Assembly: GCA_036491455.1 (NCBI GenBank) | Contig: DASXBY010000042.1 | Coordinates: forward strand, 4,987 to 68,986 | Source of the DNA: Caulobacteraceae bacterium | GTDB lineage: Bacteria; Pseudomonadota; Alphaproteobacteria; Caulobacterales; Caulobacteraceae | Length of the DNA: 64,000 bases | Direction of reading: 5' to 3' | Shown here: positions 61,384 through 64,000 of the stretch, piece after piece | How positions within the stretch are numbered: position 1 is the first letter of the stretch | Layout: each line of letters starts with the position of its first letter | Position numbers and translations under genes: made by a program | Notes under the pieces: generated by a model | Database searches by the model: none | What the model was told of the DNA's origin: nothing | Seen by the model: the letters and a program-made list of their open reading frames with translations, nothing else

Positions 61384-62273
61384 CTTCAGCCGAGGAGGAA
61401 CGCCTCGGCTTCGCGCCGGCAAAGATCAACCTTTACCTGCATGTCGGACCGCCCGGCTCGGACGGATATCATCCAGTCTGTAGCCTGCTGACCTTCGCCG
61501 ATATCGGTGACGTCGTACGCATGGAGGAAGCGGCCGCCTCCGATTTGATCATTGACGGTCCGTATTCGAGAAACCTCGAGAGCGGCGCGGAAAATCTCGT
61601 CAGTAGAGCTCGCGACGCGGTGCTGATGGCGGCGAAGGTCAACGGTGCGGCCTTCGGCTTCCATCTGACCAAGAATCTGCCCGTGGCGTCCGGCATTGGG
61701 GGCGGATCGGCCGACGCGGCAGCCGCACTGAGGCTAGCCGCCACACGCCTGGGCCTTGATCCGGACGGGTCCGCCGTACGCAATGCGGCGTCTTCGCTGG
61801 GATCGGACGTTCCGGCCTGTATCGCGTCCCGACCGGCTATGGCGACAGGACGTGGCGATCACCTTTCGCCGGCGCCGAAGTTTCCTTCGCTTCATGCAGT
61901 GCTGATCAATCCGAATATCGCCTCGCCGACAGCGCAGGCCTACCGGGCCTATGACGCGGCGCCATCGCCCCAGGGCGCCAACCGGAAATGGCCCGGCGCC
62001 GAACTGCGCACGGCCCGCGACACGGCGCTCTTCCTGGCCGACTGCCGCAACGATCTGGAGGCACCTGCGATCCGGCTGACGCCGATGATCGGCGACGTCC
62101 TGGCGCTCCTCCAACGACAGCCCGAGACGCTTCTGTCGCGCATGTCCGGTTCCGGGGCGACCTGTTTCGCCCTGGTTGAAAATGCCCCCGATGCGCGCCT
62201 CCTCGAGGAGCGGATCTCGGCGCGGGAGCCGGGTTGGTGGGTGCGCCGCACGGTTCTCGTGGGTGAACCGTGA
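61380..62273 (+). CDS. ispE: 4-diphosphocytidyl-2-C-methyl-D-erythritol kinase
   Basis: APAKINLYLHV, KNLPVASGIGGGSADAAA, LGSDVP, MSGSGAT; start inferred as CTG at 61380. Confidence 0.94.
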   Translation: MTSAEEERLGFAPAKINLYLHVGPPGSDGYHPVCSLLTFADIGDVVRMEEAAASDLIIDGPYSRNLESGAENLVSRARDAVLMAAKVNGAAFGFHLTKNLPVASGIGGGSADAAAALRLAATRLGLDPDGSAVRNAASSLGSDVPACIASRPAMATGRGDHLSPAPKFPSLHAVLINPNIASPTAQAYRAYDAAPSPQGANRKWPGAELRTARDTALFLADCRNDLEAPAIRLTPMIGDVLALLQRQPETLLSRMSGSGATCFALVENAPDARLLEERISAREPGWWVRRTVLVGEP

Positions 62274-62923
62274 GACGACTCATCCTGCACAGTTACTGGC
62301 GCTCGACCGCATCGTGGCGAGTCCGCATCGCCCTGGCCCTCAAAGGCATCGAATTCGACCAAACCACGCATGATCTGCGGCGCGGCGAACAGCTCGGCGA
62401 AGCCTTTCTCTCTCTTGCCCCGCAAGGATTGGTGCCGGCCCTCGAGGCGGGCGGCGACGTCTTCGTTCAAAGCCTCGCGATTCTGGAGTGGCTGGAGGAG
62501 CAGTATCCGACTCCGCCCTTGCTGCCGGCATCGCCTGCGGAACGCGCTATTGTCCGCGGCATGACGGATCTGGTGGCGTGCGACATACACCCGCTCAACA
62601 ACCTTCGCGTGCTCCAGGCGCTCAGAGCAGATTTCAATGCCAGCGAAGAGCAGGTGCGCGCCTGGATCGCTCGTTGGATCGGCGATGGATTTGCCTCGCT
62701 CGAACAGCTCGTCGATCGGTATGGCGGGACCTTTTCTTTCGGTGATCAACCGAGCTTCGCCGACTGCGCGCTCGTTCCACAAATCTATTCGGCCCGAAGG
62801 TTCGGCGTGGACCTGGCGGACTTCCCTAAGCTTTTGGAAATCGACACCCGGGCTGGAATCCTTCCGGCGTTTTCGTCGGCGCATCCAAATCGCCAACCGG
62901 ATTTCGACCAATCGGCAAGCTAA
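62270..62923 (+). CDS. maiA: Maleylacetoacetate isomerase (zeta-class GST)
   Basis: SYWRSTASWRVRIALALKG, QSLAILEWL, CDIHPLNNLRV, AHPNRQPD. Confidence 0.93.
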   Translation: MRRLILHSYWRSTASWRVRIALALKGIEFDQTTHDLRRGEQLGEAFLSLAPQGLVPALEAGGDVFVQSLAILEWLEEQYPTPPLLPASPAERAIVRGMTDLVACDIHPLNNLRVLQALRADFNASEEQVRAWIARWIGDGFASLEQLVDRYGGTFSFGDQPSFADCALVPQIYSARRFGVDLADFPKLLEIDTRAGILPAFSSAHPNRQPDFDQSAS

Positions 62924-63003
62924 AAGCGCAACCATTCGCCGCCTCAAGCGCTCTTTAGGTGTCGGCGAGAATGACCGCCGATGAATTCCATCGGGTTAAA
63001 ACC

Positions 63004-63339
63004 ATGAAATCCGTACACTCTCTTGCCATCCTAATGCTGGCGATGACTGCGCCTTCGGTTTCGATCGCCCAAGCCGCACCCGACCAGCCGCCACCGCCTC
63101 AAGCCGCGCCCTACCAGGCTGCGCCGGCGCCAGCGCCCGCCGCAGATACCGCCGGCGTCAATGCGTCGACCGGCCCGATCCCGGCGGACCAACTCCCCCC
63201 GGCGCAGGCATCCGCCCTAGCCGCTGGTGACAACCAAATGGTCACCAATGGTCCTGTCCCGGACACGGCCGCGAACCGCGCCAAGTACGGCGGACCGAAT
63301 TCGCGCGCCGGCCGCAGGACGGCGCCCGCAGGCAATTGA
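63004..63339 (+). CDS. Secreted Pro/Ala-rich hypothetical protein
   Basis: Signal peptide; C-terminal VTNGPVPDTAANRAKYGGPNSRAGRRTAPAGN. Confidence 0.75.
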   Translation: MKSVHSLAILMLAMTAPSVSIAQAAPDQPPPPQAAPYQAAPAPAPAADTAGVNASTGPIPADQLPPAQASALAAGDNQMVTNGPVPDTAANRAKYGGPNSRAGRRTAPAGN

Positions 63340-63414
63340 CGGGCAGACATTCCTTCTGCATGGGGGCAAGTCGTTAACGCGCCTGTTGCGCCTTCCCTTG
63401 TGCAAGGACCCTTG

Positions 63415-64000
63415 ATGCCCTCTTTCCGCCTGATTGTTTCTGCGGCCGCCGCCGCCATCGTCCCCTTCGCCGCTCTGGCCCAAGGGGCTCCGGCGACGCC
63501 GCTTGGCTCGGCCATGTCATCGCCGCCGGCGCCAAGCCTGCCGTCCTCGCCAAACCTGGTGCCCTACGGCAGCATGACCGCTACGCTGAAAGCCTCCACT
63601 GAGTTCACCATCCTCAGCAAGGCGCTTGAGGCGACGCAGATGAGCGATGTGCTCGCCAAGACGCCCGGTCTGACCTTGTTTGCGCCGACAGATTCCGCCT
63701 TCAAGGCGTTGCCGCCGGCGGAACTCCACGCTCTGCTGGATCCGAAGAACGTCGCCACGCTGCAGCAGGTGCTTACCTATCACCTGGTCAACCTCGACTT
63801 GCCGACTTCAAAATTCAAAGGCGCAAAAGGTCCGGTGCAAAGCGTCGAGAAGGGCAACCTCATGCTCGACGGCAGTGGGGCCGTGCCCAGGGTCAACGAC
63901 GCCGATATCATTCAGCCGGACGTCAAGGCAGCCAACGGCACGATCCAGGTCGTCGACAAGGTGCTTATCCCGGGCGACGTCAATCTGCCGACGGCGAACG
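63415..64000 (+). CDS. Fasciclin (FAS1) domain secreted protein (runs off the window end)
   Basis: Manual translation: signal peptide, TLFAPTDSAF, LTYHLV, AANGTIQVVDKVLIP. Confidence 0.9.
   Translation, partial: MPSFRLIVSAAAAAIVPFAALAQGAPATPLGSAMSSPPAPSLPSSPNLVPYGSMTATLKASTEFTILSKALEATQMSDVLAKTPGLTLFAPTDSAFKALPPAELHALLDPKNVATLQQVLTYHLVNLDLPTSKFKGAKGPVQSVEKGNLMLDGSGAVPRVNDADIIQPDVKAANGTIQVVDKVLIPGDVNLPTAN

Overview
GC-rich alphaproteobacterial chromosome segment, almost certainly Caulobacteraceae (Caulobacter/Phenylobacterium-like, judged from mipZ, hdaA, divK and gene order). It is dense core genome with about 63 CDS and one tRNA-Ser(GCT): pepA-holC-ndk, purM, rnd, ppx-ppk1-hdaA, liuBCD, panC-mipZ, phasin, clpSA, dinB, divK, rpmG, rnr-topA-dprA-plsY-pyrC-pyrB-ruvX, gatCAB, nadK, ETF-QO, ispE and maiA. 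I saw no integrase, transposase, prophage, CRISPR array or long repeat. Best observations: (1) a single-chain EgtB-EgtD ergothioneine synthase preceded by a perfect EcfG/sigmaT general-stress promoter and facing a KGG stress protein; (2) pleD is missing from its usual slot after divK; (3) an NRAMP-like transporter with non-canonical metal motifs sits behind a Fur/Mur-type box; (4) a LexA box precedes the PA0069-family radical SAM gene next to a UDG; (5) several genes appear to start at CTG or to be leaderless. All calls come from motif recognition by eye; no database search was run.
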